Of a stretch of 32,000 nt of DNA, positions 23,135 through 30,668 are shown piece by piece. A program made the position numbers and the translations under genes. The notes under the pieces are model-generated. The model worked only from the letters and a program-made list of their open reading frames with translations, had not been told where the DNA came from and did not search any database. The stretch is from the sequence record JAQMWT010000697.1; one strand, given 5' to 3'. Within the stretch, counting starts at the first letter, position 1. Each line of letters starts with the position of its first letter.

Positions 23135-23287
23135 TTATTTAACTCGTTTTAATGTTGTTAAAACTTTCCGGCCTTTTTTCCGGCGGTTTTTTAAAACTTT
23201 CCGGCCGTTTATAGTTTGCATACGTGTTCGAAAACCTATTTTATTAATAACTTTACGTCTTGTTCCACCAAATGTTCCTTTAGTCAT
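23135..23287 (-). CDS. rpl34: 50S ribosomal protein L34
   Basis: Manual translation gives [50 protein letters not shown] (50 aa), matching the L34 pattern (GFR.RM.T..GR.VL..RR.KGRK.L). Below the ORF-track cutoff. Confidence 0.88.
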   Translation of the reverse strand: MTKGTFGGTRRKVINKIGFRTRMQTINGRKVLKNRRKKGRKVLTTLKRVK

Positions 23288-23434
23288 GTCTATTTTATAT
23301 CATAAATTAACAAAAAAATTATAGATCTATTAAAAATTAAAAATACACTTTATATCATAATCTGATAACCATTATTATACACTATTTTGTCTATAGTGTT
23401 TAATTAATTAAATATTTTAATTTTATACAACCAA

Positions 23435-23506
23435 CTCCCCGAGTAGGACTTGAACCTACGACCAATCGGTTAACAGCCGATTGCTCTGCCACTGAGCTAT
23501 CGAGGA
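23435..23506 (-). tRNA. trnN: tRNA-Asn (GUU)
   Basis: The reverse complement folds as a cloverleaf. Acceptor TCCTCGA/TCGGGGA, anticodon loop CTGTTAA, T arm GTAGG-TTCAAGT-CCTAC. 72 nt. Confidence 0.92.
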
Positions 23507-23522
23507 AAAAATCACAAAGCTT

Positions 23523-23551
23523 ATTTTATGTCATATAATTATAGATGTCAA
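23523..23551 (-). promoter_or_regulatory. Sigma70-type promoter of trnN (TTGACA-17 nt-TAAAAT)
   Basis: On the minus strand, TTGACA = 23551-23546 and TAAAAT = 23528-23523, with a 17-nt spacer. It sits directly downstream of the rps6 stop codon (3 nt away). Confidence 0.55.
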
Positions 23552-23554
23552 TAT

Positions 23555-23842
23555 TTAAATTTCTCTGTGCATTATAAAATAACGTAGAATCCTTTCATCA
23601 AGTTTTAGTTGTTTATTTACTTCTTTAATTGCTTTTGGTGTTATACTAAAAAAAACTGTAATACATTTTACCGAATTGAACTTTTTCCAATTCTCATTGA
23701 ATTTGCAATTATCTTGGATCCATGCATCAAAGTTGTCCGCTCCTAATTCTAGCAATAATTGTATATAATTATATATAAATACTTGAATGTCTGATTGATC
23801 GGTGGTATTTTTAACGATAAGTATAGATTTATATTTTTGCAT
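23555..23842 (-). CDS. rps6: 30S ribosomal protein S6 (divergent)
   Basis: From ATG 23842: MQKYKSILIVKN...KAIKEVNKQLKLDERILRYFIMHREI. The N-terminal M..Y..I.I and C-terminal L..DE.ILR pattern and the length (95 aa) fit S6. The middle is poorly conserved. The ORF-track start at 23875 adds 11 aa. Confidence 0.55.
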   Translation of the reverse strand: MQKYKSILIVKNTTDQSDIQVFIYNYIQLLLELGADNFDAWIQDNCKFNENWKKFNSVKCITVFFSITPKAIKEVNKQLKLDERILRYFIMHREI

Positions 23843-24400
23843 CGACTCATGACTTAATTTTATATGTATTAGCATATAAAGTGAAATAACGTTTTGTCAA
23901 TTCTTATCCAAATATAGTAAAGTATGTTTAATCGTTGTTTTTAAATTATCCTTATAAGATATAATACTATTGTGAACTAAAGAATTGTTAATAACTTTTT
24001 TAGTAATTAGTTTTAGCTAGGCAAAAGTTGCAAGAACTTTTTTATATTTATATCAGTAATTTCTTATGCTATAAGAGAAATATAAATAATGTTTAGTTTT
24101 AATTATAAAAAAGTTGATATTATATTTAAAATAGCAAGCCATTTTAAATTTTTGATTTAAATAGGATAATACAACTAATCTTTAATTTCTTAACAATTTA
24201 AGGTTAGTATTTAATTGTGTAGAAAATGAAAATAAATATGATATTCAAAACGTAAAACAATTATCAATTTGGACCTTCTAAATAAAGGGTACCAAGCTAA
24301 ATTTTAAAAAACAAGCAACTCAACTACGAACATGTTTTTACTATAGTAATAAAGACAAATACTGTCTAATAGTGCTTTATATTCTAAAGGTTTTATTTTT

Positions 24401-25048
24401 ATGAGTAAAGTCTATGATTGGTTTGAAGAACGCTTAGAAATTCAGTCTATTGCAGATGATATAACTAGTAAGTATGTCCCACCACATGTAAATATCTTTT
24501 ATTGTTTTGGTGGAATTGTCTTAACTTGTTTTTTAGTACAAGTAGCAACTGGCTTTGCGATGACTTTTTATTATCGTCCTACAGTCTCTGATGCATTTGC
24601 ATCTGTAGAATATATAATGACTGAAGTAAACTTTGGTTGGTTAATACGTTCTATCCACCGATGGTCAGCTAGTATGATGGTTTTAATGTTAATTTTACAT
24701 GTTTTTCGTGTTTATTTAACGGGTGGTTTCAAAAAACCTCGTGAATTAACTTGGGTAACTGGTGTACTACTAGGGGCTGTAACAGCATCATTTGGTGTTA
24801 CTGGTTACTCTTTACCTTGGGACCAAGTAGGTTTCTGGGCGTGTAAAATCGTAACGGGCGTTCCGGAAGCTATTCCTGTTGTAGGGCCTACTATTGTTGG
24901 GTTATTGAGAGGAGGTGTAAGTGTTGGACAGGGTACATTAACACGGTTTTATAGTGCCCATACATTTGTATTACCTGTTGTTGCCGCTGTATTAATGTTA
25001 ACACATTTTTTGATGATTAGACAACAAGGTATTTCGGGCCCGTTATAA
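24401..25048 (+). CDS. petB: Cytochrome b6
   Basis: 215 aa, [35 protein letters not shown]... is near-invariant cytochrome b6. Intron-less. Confidence 0.97.
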   Translation: MSKVYDWFEERLEIQSIADDITSKYVPPHVNIFYCFGGIVLTCFLVQVATGFAMTFYYRPTVSDAFASVEYIMTEVNFGWLIRSIHRWSASMMVLMLILHVFRVYLTGGFKKPRELTWVTGVLLGAVTASFGVTGYSLPWDQVGFWACKIVTGVPEAIPVVGPTIVGLLRGGVSVGQGTLTRFYSAHTFVLPVVAAVLMLTHFLMIRQQGISGPL

Positions 25049-25084
25049 TAATAAATTTTTAAGTATAAAAAGGAGTTTTAAAAA

Positions 25085-25567
25085 ATGTCTGTTATAAAAA
25101 AACCAGATTTAAGTGATCCAAAAATCCGCGCAAAATTAGCAAAAGGAATGGGCCATAATTATTATGGAGAACCCGCATGGCCAAATGATTTATTATATAT
25201 TTTTCCAGTTGTAATTTTAGGAACAATTGGAATATTAGTTGGGCTTGGTGTATTAGAACCTTATGCGATTGGTGAACCGGCTGATCCATTTGCAACTCCA
25301 TTAGAGATTCTACCTGAATGGTACTTATTTCCAACATTCAATATATTACGGGTTTTACCAAATAAATTGCTTGGAATTGCTGCTATGGCTGCTGTTCCAG
25401 CAGGTTTAGCAACTGTACCGTTTTTAGAAAATGTAAATAAATTCCAAAACCCATTCCGACGCCCGATAGAAATGGTAATTTTCATCTTCGGTACAATTTT
25501 TGCAATTTGGTTTGGTATTGGAGCATGTTTACCAATTGATAAAGCTGTAACTTTAGGTCTTTTCTAG
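25085..25567 (+). CDS. petD: Cytochrome b6f subunit IV
   Basis: 160 aa, [46 protein letters not shown] upstream. Confidence 0.96.
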   Translation: MSVIKKPDLSDPKIRAKLAKGMGHNYYGEPAWPNDLLYIFPVVILGTIGILVGLGVLEPYAIGEPADPFATPLEILPEWYLFPTFNILRVLPNKLLGIAAMAAVPAGLATVPFLENVNKFQNPFRRPIEMVIFIFGTIFAIWFGIGACLPIDKAVTLGLF

Positions 25568-25574
25568 TTTATTT

Positions 25575-25615
25575 AAAGAGAGAAATCAAATATAATATGA
25601 CATTTTTCTCTCTTT
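25575..25615. terminator. 11-bp perfect stem-loop between convergent petD and rpl1
   Basis: AAAGAGAGAAA (25575-25585) pairs with TTTCTCTCTTT (25605-25615), 19-nt loop. It starts 8 nt after the petD stop and ends 15 nt before the rpl1 stop. Confidence 0.6.
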
Positions 25616-25629
25616 ATATTATTTCCATA

Positions 25630-26322
25630 TTATTTTAATTTTGACAAATCAATACTAATAGATGGACCCATAGTTGTACAAACTGTGAAAGTTTTAAAAT
25701 ACTTTCCTTTTACGCCTGTCGGACGATTCTGTTTTATACATTCATATGCAGTACTTAAATTTTCAATTAATTCCGATTCCGTGAAATTCATTTTTCCAAA
25801 AAGAATATGCACAACACCAGTTTTATCAGCACGGCATTCTACTTTTCCTGTTTTAAATTCTGCAAGTGTTGCTAAAATATCAGTTGTGATAGTTCCAGAT
25901 TTTGTTGAAGGCATTAATCCTCTTGGCCCCAAAATTTTTCCTACTTTAAGAAGTTTTGGCATCATATCGGGTGTTGTCAGTAAAACATCAAAATCTAATG
26001 TGCCGTTTTTGATTTTCTCAATTAACGCATCTGAACCAACTTGGTTTGCCCCTTTATCCAGTAATAATTGGTGATCAACATTGTCAGAAGTAAATACAGC
26101 CACATTTATTTCTTTACCCGTTCCATTGGGCAATTGAATTGTTGTTCGCAGTTGTTGGTCATTATATTTAGTATCAATATTTAAACAAAAATGAGCTTCT
26201 GCACTTTCAATAAATTTTGCTGTTGAAGTTTGTTTTAGTACATAAATGGCTTCGGGCAATGAATAATCCTTTTGTAGGATAAAGCTTTGTGTGTTTTTTA
26301 TACGTTTCGAAAGTTTTTTCAT
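25630..26322 (-). CDS. rpl1: 50S ribosomal protein L1
   Basis: 230 aa with L1 family features (GPRGLMPSTKSGTIT, DKTGVVHILFGK). Confidence 0.93.
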   Translation of the reverse strand: MKKLSKRIKNTQSFILQKDYSLPEAIYVLKQTSTAKFIESAEAHFCLNIDTKYNDQQLRTTIQLPNGTGKEINVAVFTSDNVDHQLLLDKGANQVGSDALIEKIKNGTLDFDVLLTTPDMMPKLLKVGKILGPRGLMPSTKSGTITTDILATLAEFKTGKVECRADKTGVVHILFGKMNFTESELIENLSTAYECIKQNRPTGVKGKYFKTFTVCTTMGPSISIDLSKLK

Positions 26323-26352
26323 TTTTTTTTTATAAAATCAAACTATTTATGA

Positions 26353-26778
26353 TTATGTTATAATTTTTATTCCCATATTTTTTGCCGTACCTTCAATAAT
26401 TTTTGTTGCCTCAGATAGTTTATTTGCATTTAAATCGGGTAACTTTATTTTTGCTATCTCTTCTAATTGTTCATATGTAATTGAACCGACTGTAGCTTTA
26501 TTGGGCTCCCCTGAGCCTTTTTGAATATTAGCCATTTTAGCTAATAATACAGAAGCTGGAGGGGTTTTTAAAATAAACGAAAAACTCCGGTCTTCAAAAG
26601 CAGAAATTTCTACTGGTATAATTAAATCCCCTTTATCAAGTGTACGAGCATTATATTCCTTACAAAAATTCATAATATTTAAACCGTGTTGGCCTAATGC
26701 AGGTCCAACAGGCGGAGCAGGTGTTGCTTTACCCGCAGGTAATGCAAGTTTTATTATTGCAACAAGTTTTTTTGGCAT
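26353..26778 (-). CDS. rpl11: 50S ribosomal protein L11
   Basis: 141 aa, [35 protein letters not shown] is canonical L11. Forms an rpl11-rpl1 pair. Confidence 0.95.
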   Translation of the reverse strand: MPKKLVAIIKLALPAGKATPAPPVGPALGQHGLNIMNFCKEYNARTLDKGDLIIPVEISAFEDRSFSFILKTPPASVLLAKMANIQKGSGEPNKATVGSITYEQLEEIAKIKLPDLNANKLSEATKIIEGTAKNMGIKIIT

Positions 26779-26902
26779 GTCTTAAATTATATATATATAA
26801 CAAGGGTTATTTAATTTAATATTGTATCCTTATATTTTCAAACAAAAAAGACTCAAAATCAAGAGATAAATAAAAATAACTATTTTAAGAATGGAAAAAA
26901 AA

Positions 26903-26975
26903 CACGCCCTGAAGGATTTGAACCCTCGACATTAGGTTTTGGAAACCTACGTTCTACCAACTGAACTAAAGGCGC
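26903..26975 (-). tRNA. trnW: tRNA-Trp (CCA)
   Basis: Reverse complement: GCGCCTTTAGTTCAGTTGGTAGAACGTAGGTTTCCAAAACCTAATGTCGAGGGTTCAAATCCTTCAGGGCGTG. Anticodon loop TTCCAAA. G1-U72 pair, as I recall for chloroplast tRNA-Trp. Confidence 0.9.
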
Positions 26976-26983
26976 TTGTTATT

Positions 26984-27012
26984 ATTATAACTAAATGTTA
27001 GATCTATGTAAA
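26984..27012 (-). promoter_or_regulatory. Sigma70-type promoter of trnW (TTTACA-17 nt-TATAAT)
   Basis: On the minus strand, TTTACA = 27012-27007 and TATAAT = 26989-26984. The -10 box ends 8 nt before the tRNA 5' end. Confidence 0.55.
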
Positions 27013-27047
27013 TCCTAAAGGCTAATTATTTTTATGATTATAAGTAC

Positions 27048-27076
27048 TTTACAAATGTTTAATTTTATGTTTTAAT
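27048..27076 (+). promoter_or_regulatory. Candidate promoter of trnR (TTTACA-17 nt-TTTAAT)
   Basis: TTTACA at 27048-27053 and TTTAAT at 27071-27076. The -10 box ends 9 nt before trnR. Weaker match than the other tRNA promoters. Confidence 0.4.
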
Positions 27077-27085
27077 GAATTTAAA

Positions 27086-27159
27086 GGGCTGGTAGCTCAG
27101 TGGACTAGAGCACGTGGCTACGAACCACGGTGTCAGGGGTTCGAATCCCTTCCGGCCCA
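27086..27159 (+). tRNA. trnR: tRNA-Arg (ACG)
   Basis: Acceptor GGGCTGG/CCGGCCC, anticodon arm CGTGG-CTACGAA-CCACG, T loop TTCGAAT. 74 nt. Confidence 0.92.
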
Positions 27160-27190
27160 TTTATTACTATTTTTGGATACATATATATAT

Positions 27191-27220
27191 TTGACAGCTT
27201 TATAAAAATTTCGATATAAT
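27191..27220 (+). promoter_or_regulatory. Sigma70-type promoter of trnQ (TTGACA-18 nt-TATAAT)
   Basis: TTGACA at 27191-27196 and TATAAT at 27215-27220. The -10 box ends 10 nt before the trnQ 5' end. Confidence 0.65.
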
Positions 27221-27230
27221 CAACAATAAA

Positions 27231-27302
27231 TGGGGCGTCGCCAAGCGGTAAGGCAGCGGACTTTGACTCCGCCATTCGCAGGTTCAAATCCTGCCGCCCC
27301 AG
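27231..27302 (+). tRNA. trnQ: tRNA-Gln (UUG)
   Basis: TGGGGCGTCGCCAAGCGGTAAGGCAGCGGACTTTGACTCCGCCATTCGCAGGTTCAAATCCTGCCGCCCCAG. U1-A72 and the overall layout parallel bacterial tRNA-Gln. Anticodon loop CTTTGAC. Confidence 0.92.
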
Positions 27303-27330
27303 CTAATATTTAGAATCTAATAAAAGAAGA

Positions 27331-27354
27331 AATACTATTTTCTAGAATAGTATT
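27331..27354. terminator. 9-bp stem-loop at the convergent trnQ / rps4 junction
   Basis: AATACTATT (27331-27339) pairs with AATAGTATT (27346-27354), 6-nt loop. It overlaps the last codons and stop of rps4. Confidence 0.35.
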
Positions 27355-27949
27355 CAACTACTAATAAGATTTTAATGTTGATGTTAGATTCTGTGCTTTC
27401 AGCAACTCGCGTTACCTTTCCGCGTAATTTTTCTCGTTCAAATTCTAAATACGGAGGTATTGAGGAAGTTTGGTGTGTTTCAATAAAATTATTGACTAAA
27501 TTTTTTGAAACTTGTTTTTTACTTACTTCGATAATATCATTTGGTTTACACTGAAAACTTGGAACAGTTACTCGATTTCCGTTTACATAAATATGGCCGT
27601 GCGTAACAATTTGTCGGCTTGCAGGAATTGTATTTCCTAAGCCCAATCGAAAAACAATATTGTCTAAACGCATTTCCAATAAGCTCAATAAAAGGGCTCC
27701 GGTTGATCCTTTTAAGCGTTTTGCTTCTTTTATATAGCCTAAAAGTTGTTTCTCTGTTAAACCGTAATTATAGCGAAGTTTTTGTTTTTCTTGTAGACGA
27801 ATTGAATAACTAGAAGAATTATTTTGATTTTTTGATGATTTTCGATGTTGGCCGGGTAATGTGTCCCGTTTTTTTAATTTAGTACTTAATCCGGGCAATT
27901 CACCTAACCTGCGAATAATACGAATTCTTGGCCCACGATAACGTGACAT
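27335..27949 (-). CDS. rps4: 30S ribosomal protein S4
   Basis: 204 aa, MSRYRGPRIRIIRRLGELPGLS...LEMRLDNIVFRLG...SRQIVTHGHIYVNGNRVTVPS is canonical S4. Confidence 0.95.
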   Translation of the reverse strand: MSRYRGPRIRIIRRLGELPGLSTKLKKRDTLPGQHRKSSKNQNNSSSYSIRLQEKQKLRYNYGLTEKQLLGYIKEAKRLKGSTGALLLSLLEMRLDNIVFRLGLGNTIPASRQIVTHGHIYVNGNRVTVPSFQCKPNDIIEVSKKQVSKNLVNNFIETHQTSSIPPYLEFEREKLRGKVTRVAESTESNINIKILLVVEYYSRK

Positions 27950-28033
27950 ACATATATTTATAATTTAAATTGACTCTATCTAATATTATTTAATCAATAA
28001 TGATATTTATAGTCAATTTATAAAACAAATTAT

Positions 28034-28966
28034 TTAGCTAACCCACCCATATGAGTGAAGTCCTGAAGCTAAAAAATTAACCCCTAAATATGAAATCCAA
28101 ATACTGATAAATCCCAAGGACCCAATCAGTGCGATTTTTGTTCCAGTCCAATTATTCACTAAACGTGCATGTAAATAGGCAGTAAAAATTAACCAAGTTA
28201 TAAAAGACCAAGTTTCTTTTGGATCCCAAGACCAGTAAGACCCCCAGGATTCATTTGCCCAAACTGCACCCGCTAAAATACCTAAAGTTAAAGCAATATA
28301 CCCTAAAGCAATTGTACGGTAACTCCAAATATCTAATGTAACCACCAATTTTTCTTTATATAAGCTTTTTGATATTGGCAATTTATCAATTCGAGATAAA
28401 TTAAGATAAGGAGTAGCTTGTAAACTATGGTTAGAGGAAAAATTTTTTGTTATATCACTTTTTTCAGATCTATTTGTTAAAAGTATTATTAATATAGATA
28501 ATAACGACCCGAATATTAAAATAGCGTAGCTAATAATCATCATAGTTACATGGAACATTAACCAGGTTGATTGTAAAGCTGGTACTAAAGAAGTTGGTTC
28601 CTTCATTTCGTTTGGTAAAACAAAAGATGAAAAACTAAGAAGAACCAATTGTATTGGTGTTATTATACAGCCTGTAATTAAACTTGAAGTTTTAAGTTCA
28701 GAAATTAATTGGACAGTATTTAAACACCAGGTAAGAAATAGGAGTGATTCATATAAATTACTTAAAGGAAAATAACCCGCTGTAATCCAGCGCTCTATTA
28801 AAAAAACGAAGATATAAATATTTACAATAAAATTTAGTCCGATACATATGGTCCAAATATTAAAGCTTCCTAGAACATTTGTATTTTGTTTCGCTTTCTT
28901 TTTAAAAGCTAGGGAAATCCAATATAGAATCATCGATACTGCTAACAATATTACATTAATAACCAT
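28034..28966 (-). CDS. ccsA: Cytochrome c biogenesis protein CcsA (ycf5, System II heme handling)
   Basis: 310 aa polytopic protein with the Trp-rich heme-binding motif WANESWGSYWSWDPKETW. Confidence 0.92.
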   Translation of the reverse strand: MVINVILLAVSMILYWISLAFKKKAKQNTNVLGSFNIWTICIGLNFIVNIYIFVFLIERWITAGYFPLSNLYESLLFLTWCLNTVQLISELKTSSLITGCIITPIQLVLLSFSSFVLPNEMKEPTSLVPALQSTWLMFHVTMMIISYAILIFGSLLSILIILLTNRSEKSDITKNFSSNHSLQATPYLNLSRIDKLPISKSLYKEKLVVTLDIWSYRTIALGYIALTLGILAGAVWANESWGSYWSWDPKETWSFITWLIFTAYLHARLVNNWTGTKIALIGSLGFISIWISYLGVNFLASGLHSYGWVS

Positions 28967-29047
28967 AAATATGAGTTTAAGGGCATATATTTTTTACTAA
29001 TTTAAATTAATTATAGTTTATAAAAAAAAATTATTAGTAAAAATTTA

Positions 29048-29080
29048 TTAAATATATTATTGTGATTTAATAATATATTT
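29048..29080. repeat. Perfect 13-bp inverted repeat (A/T only), 7-nt loop
   Basis: TAAATATATTATT (29048-29060) and AATAATATATTTA (29068-29080). Located in the ccsA upstream / psbJ downstream spacer. Confidence 0.7.
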
Positions 29081-29119
29081 ATTTTTAGAGAGTAACAGAG
29101 TATTTTTAAATTTAAATAA

Positions 29120-29147
29120 AATTAATTTGTTTAGAAACAAATTAATT
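29120..29147. repeat. Perfect 13-bp palindrome, 2-nt centre
   Basis: AATTAATTTGTTT (29120-29132), AG, AAACAAATTAATT (29135-29147). Every position was verified by hand. Confidence 0.75.
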
Positions 29148-29757
29148 GCACAGAGTTAATTTCATAATTTTCACGGAGGTGCTGAAATAGCTACCTTTAT
29201 AATATATAAAGTTAATTTTGTTAAATTTAATCTCTAACATAAACGAAAACAATAAAATTTATAAACACTAATAAAATAATTTTGTTAGAAGTAAAGCATA
29301 CAGAGTTTTTAAGGGTAAAAATATAATCCGAAGATTACTTACCAGTTTAGATTTTAATAAAAGAAAATTAATGATATAACTTTCCCACCTATTAAAAAAC
29401 ATTTGTTAGTTTAACAACTGAAATGTATTTTTTAATAACTGTTCTTTTCTAATTTCAATAGTTTGGTTGTGAAATAAATTACTAGTGTTAATATCATAGA
29501 TATTTAAATTAAACCCAGTTTTAAACCAATATACATACGATCTTAAAAAATTATATTAACTGTAAGTGAATAGTACTGAATAAATTTCGTTTTCCAAATT
29601 TATTTGTCTAATATATTAAGAACATTATGCAACATGGGATTTTAGGATAAGGCTTCTTTTGCCTCCTGCTTATATATTATATTTTTTAGTTATAAACTAA
29701 AATGATACTTATGCAATTCAAATTTAACTTCTATTTAAAATGATCAATTATATAAGA

Positions 29758-29780
29758 TGGTAAGTATAAGTCACTTACCA
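29758..29780 (-). terminator. 8-bp stem-loop 14 nt downstream of psbJ (3' end of psbEFLJ operon)
   Basis: TGGTAAGT (29758-29765) pairs with ACTTACCA (29773-29780), 7-nt loop. It is the only G/C-containing hairpin near the operon end. Confidence 0.55.
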
Positions 29781-29793
29781 CCTTCACTAATAA

Positions 29794-29913
29794 TTATAAT
29801 GAAGAACCTAAGCCTGAATAAGATCCATAAATAAATAAGAATAAAACAACGATTACAGCTAAACCACCAACTAATGCAATCAGCCATAAAGGAATTCGTC
29901 CAGTACTTGCCAT
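29794..29913 (-). CDS. psbJ: Photosystem II protein J
   Basis: Manual translation gives [39 protein letters not shown] (39 aa), canonical PsbJ. AGGAGG SD upstream. Confidence 0.93.
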   Translation of the reverse strand: MASTGRIPLWLIALVGGLAVIVVLFLFIYGSYSGLGSSL

Positions 29914-29937
29914 TTTACAGCCCTCCTTTTTTTCTTT

Positions 29938-30054
29938 TTAATTGAAAAAATAACTTGAGAATAATACAGCCAAAACAAAAATTAATAATAAACCGAAATA
30001 TAATGATGTTCGGTTTAATTCGACCGGCTGTCTATTTGGATTTGGTCCCGCCAC
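29938..30054 (-). CDS. psbL: Photosystem II protein L (GTG start)
   Basis: Manual translation gives (M)[37 protein letters not shown] (38 aa), canonical PsbL. There is no in-frame ATG. GTG at 30054 lies 6 nt after an AGGAGG SD. Confidence 0.88.
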   Translation of the reverse strand: MAGPNPNRQPVELNRTSLYFGLLLIFVLAVLFSSYFFN

Positions 30055-30064
30055 AATATACCTC

Positions 30065-30196
30065 CTATCGTTGAATAAATTGCATTGATGTAATTGCGCC
30101 TAAGAAAAACACTGTTGGTACCGCTAATCCATGTATAGCTAACCAGCGAAATGTAAAAATTGGATAGGCTACTGGTTGATTTAAAATTTTAATCAT
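30065..30196 (-). CDS. psbF: Cytochrome b559 beta subunit
   Basis: Manual translation gives [43 protein letters not shown] (43 aa), canonical PsbF with the heme-ligand His. Confidence 0.95.
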   Translation of the reverse strand: MIKILNQPVAYPIFTFRWLAIHGLAVPTVFFLGAITSMQFIQR

Positions 30197-30223
30197 CTTG
30201 ACAGTTTGGGAATAAAACAATAA

Positions 30224-30478
30224 TTATAATCCTTTTGTTAAATCTTCAAGCTCTTGTTTAGCACTGAAACGATCATTGACCAATGGAATTTGTTGACGGT
30301 CTTGTGAAAAATACTCGTTGGGGCGTGGAGTACCGAAAACGTCATAAGCAAGTCCTGTTGCAATGAATAACCAACCTGAAATAAATAATGACGGAATTGT
30401 AATACTATGAATAATCCAATAACGCACACTTGTTATAATATCTGAAAATGGGCGTTCACCAGTAGAACCACCTGACAT
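30224..30478 (-). CDS. psbE: Cytochrome b559 alpha subunit
   Basis: 84 aa, [45 protein letters not shown] upstream. Confidence 0.96.
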   Translation of the reverse strand: MSGGSTGERPFSDIITSVRYWIIHSITIPSLFISGWLFIATGLAYDVFGTPRPNEYFSQDRQQIPLVNDRFSAKQELEDLTKGL

Positions 30479-30582
30479 AGATATCTCCTAAATTTTTATT
30501 AATTATTACCGATTTTTAACAAGAAACAGTAAAACTTTATTGTATATACGTAAATAGCTAATATATTTAATATATTAAACAT

Positions 30583-30612
30583 ATTATACATTGTTTGTGT
30601 TCGAAAATCCAA
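30583..30612 (-). promoter_or_regulatory. Candidate psbEFLJ promoter (TTGGAT-18 nt-TATAAT)
   Basis: On the minus strand, TTGGAT = 30612-30607 and TATAAT = 30588-30583, about 105 nt upstream of the psbE ATG. Partial -35 match only. Confidence 0.3.
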
Positions 30613-30668
30613 ACAGTTTAGGTAATTTAAGAAACTATAAGAATTGAATAGGAAGAATATTCAAACTT

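Noticed and set aside
23843-23875. 11-codon N-terminal extension of rps6 (MLIHIKLSHES)
   Set aside because: S6 proteins normally begin M..Y....I, which matches the internal ATG at 23842 (MQKYKSILIV). The extension is not excluded, but it is unsupported.
27105-27287. 60-aa minus-strand ORF
   Set aside because: It is made up almost entirely of the antisense of trnR and trnQ plus the spacer between them, so it is an artefact.
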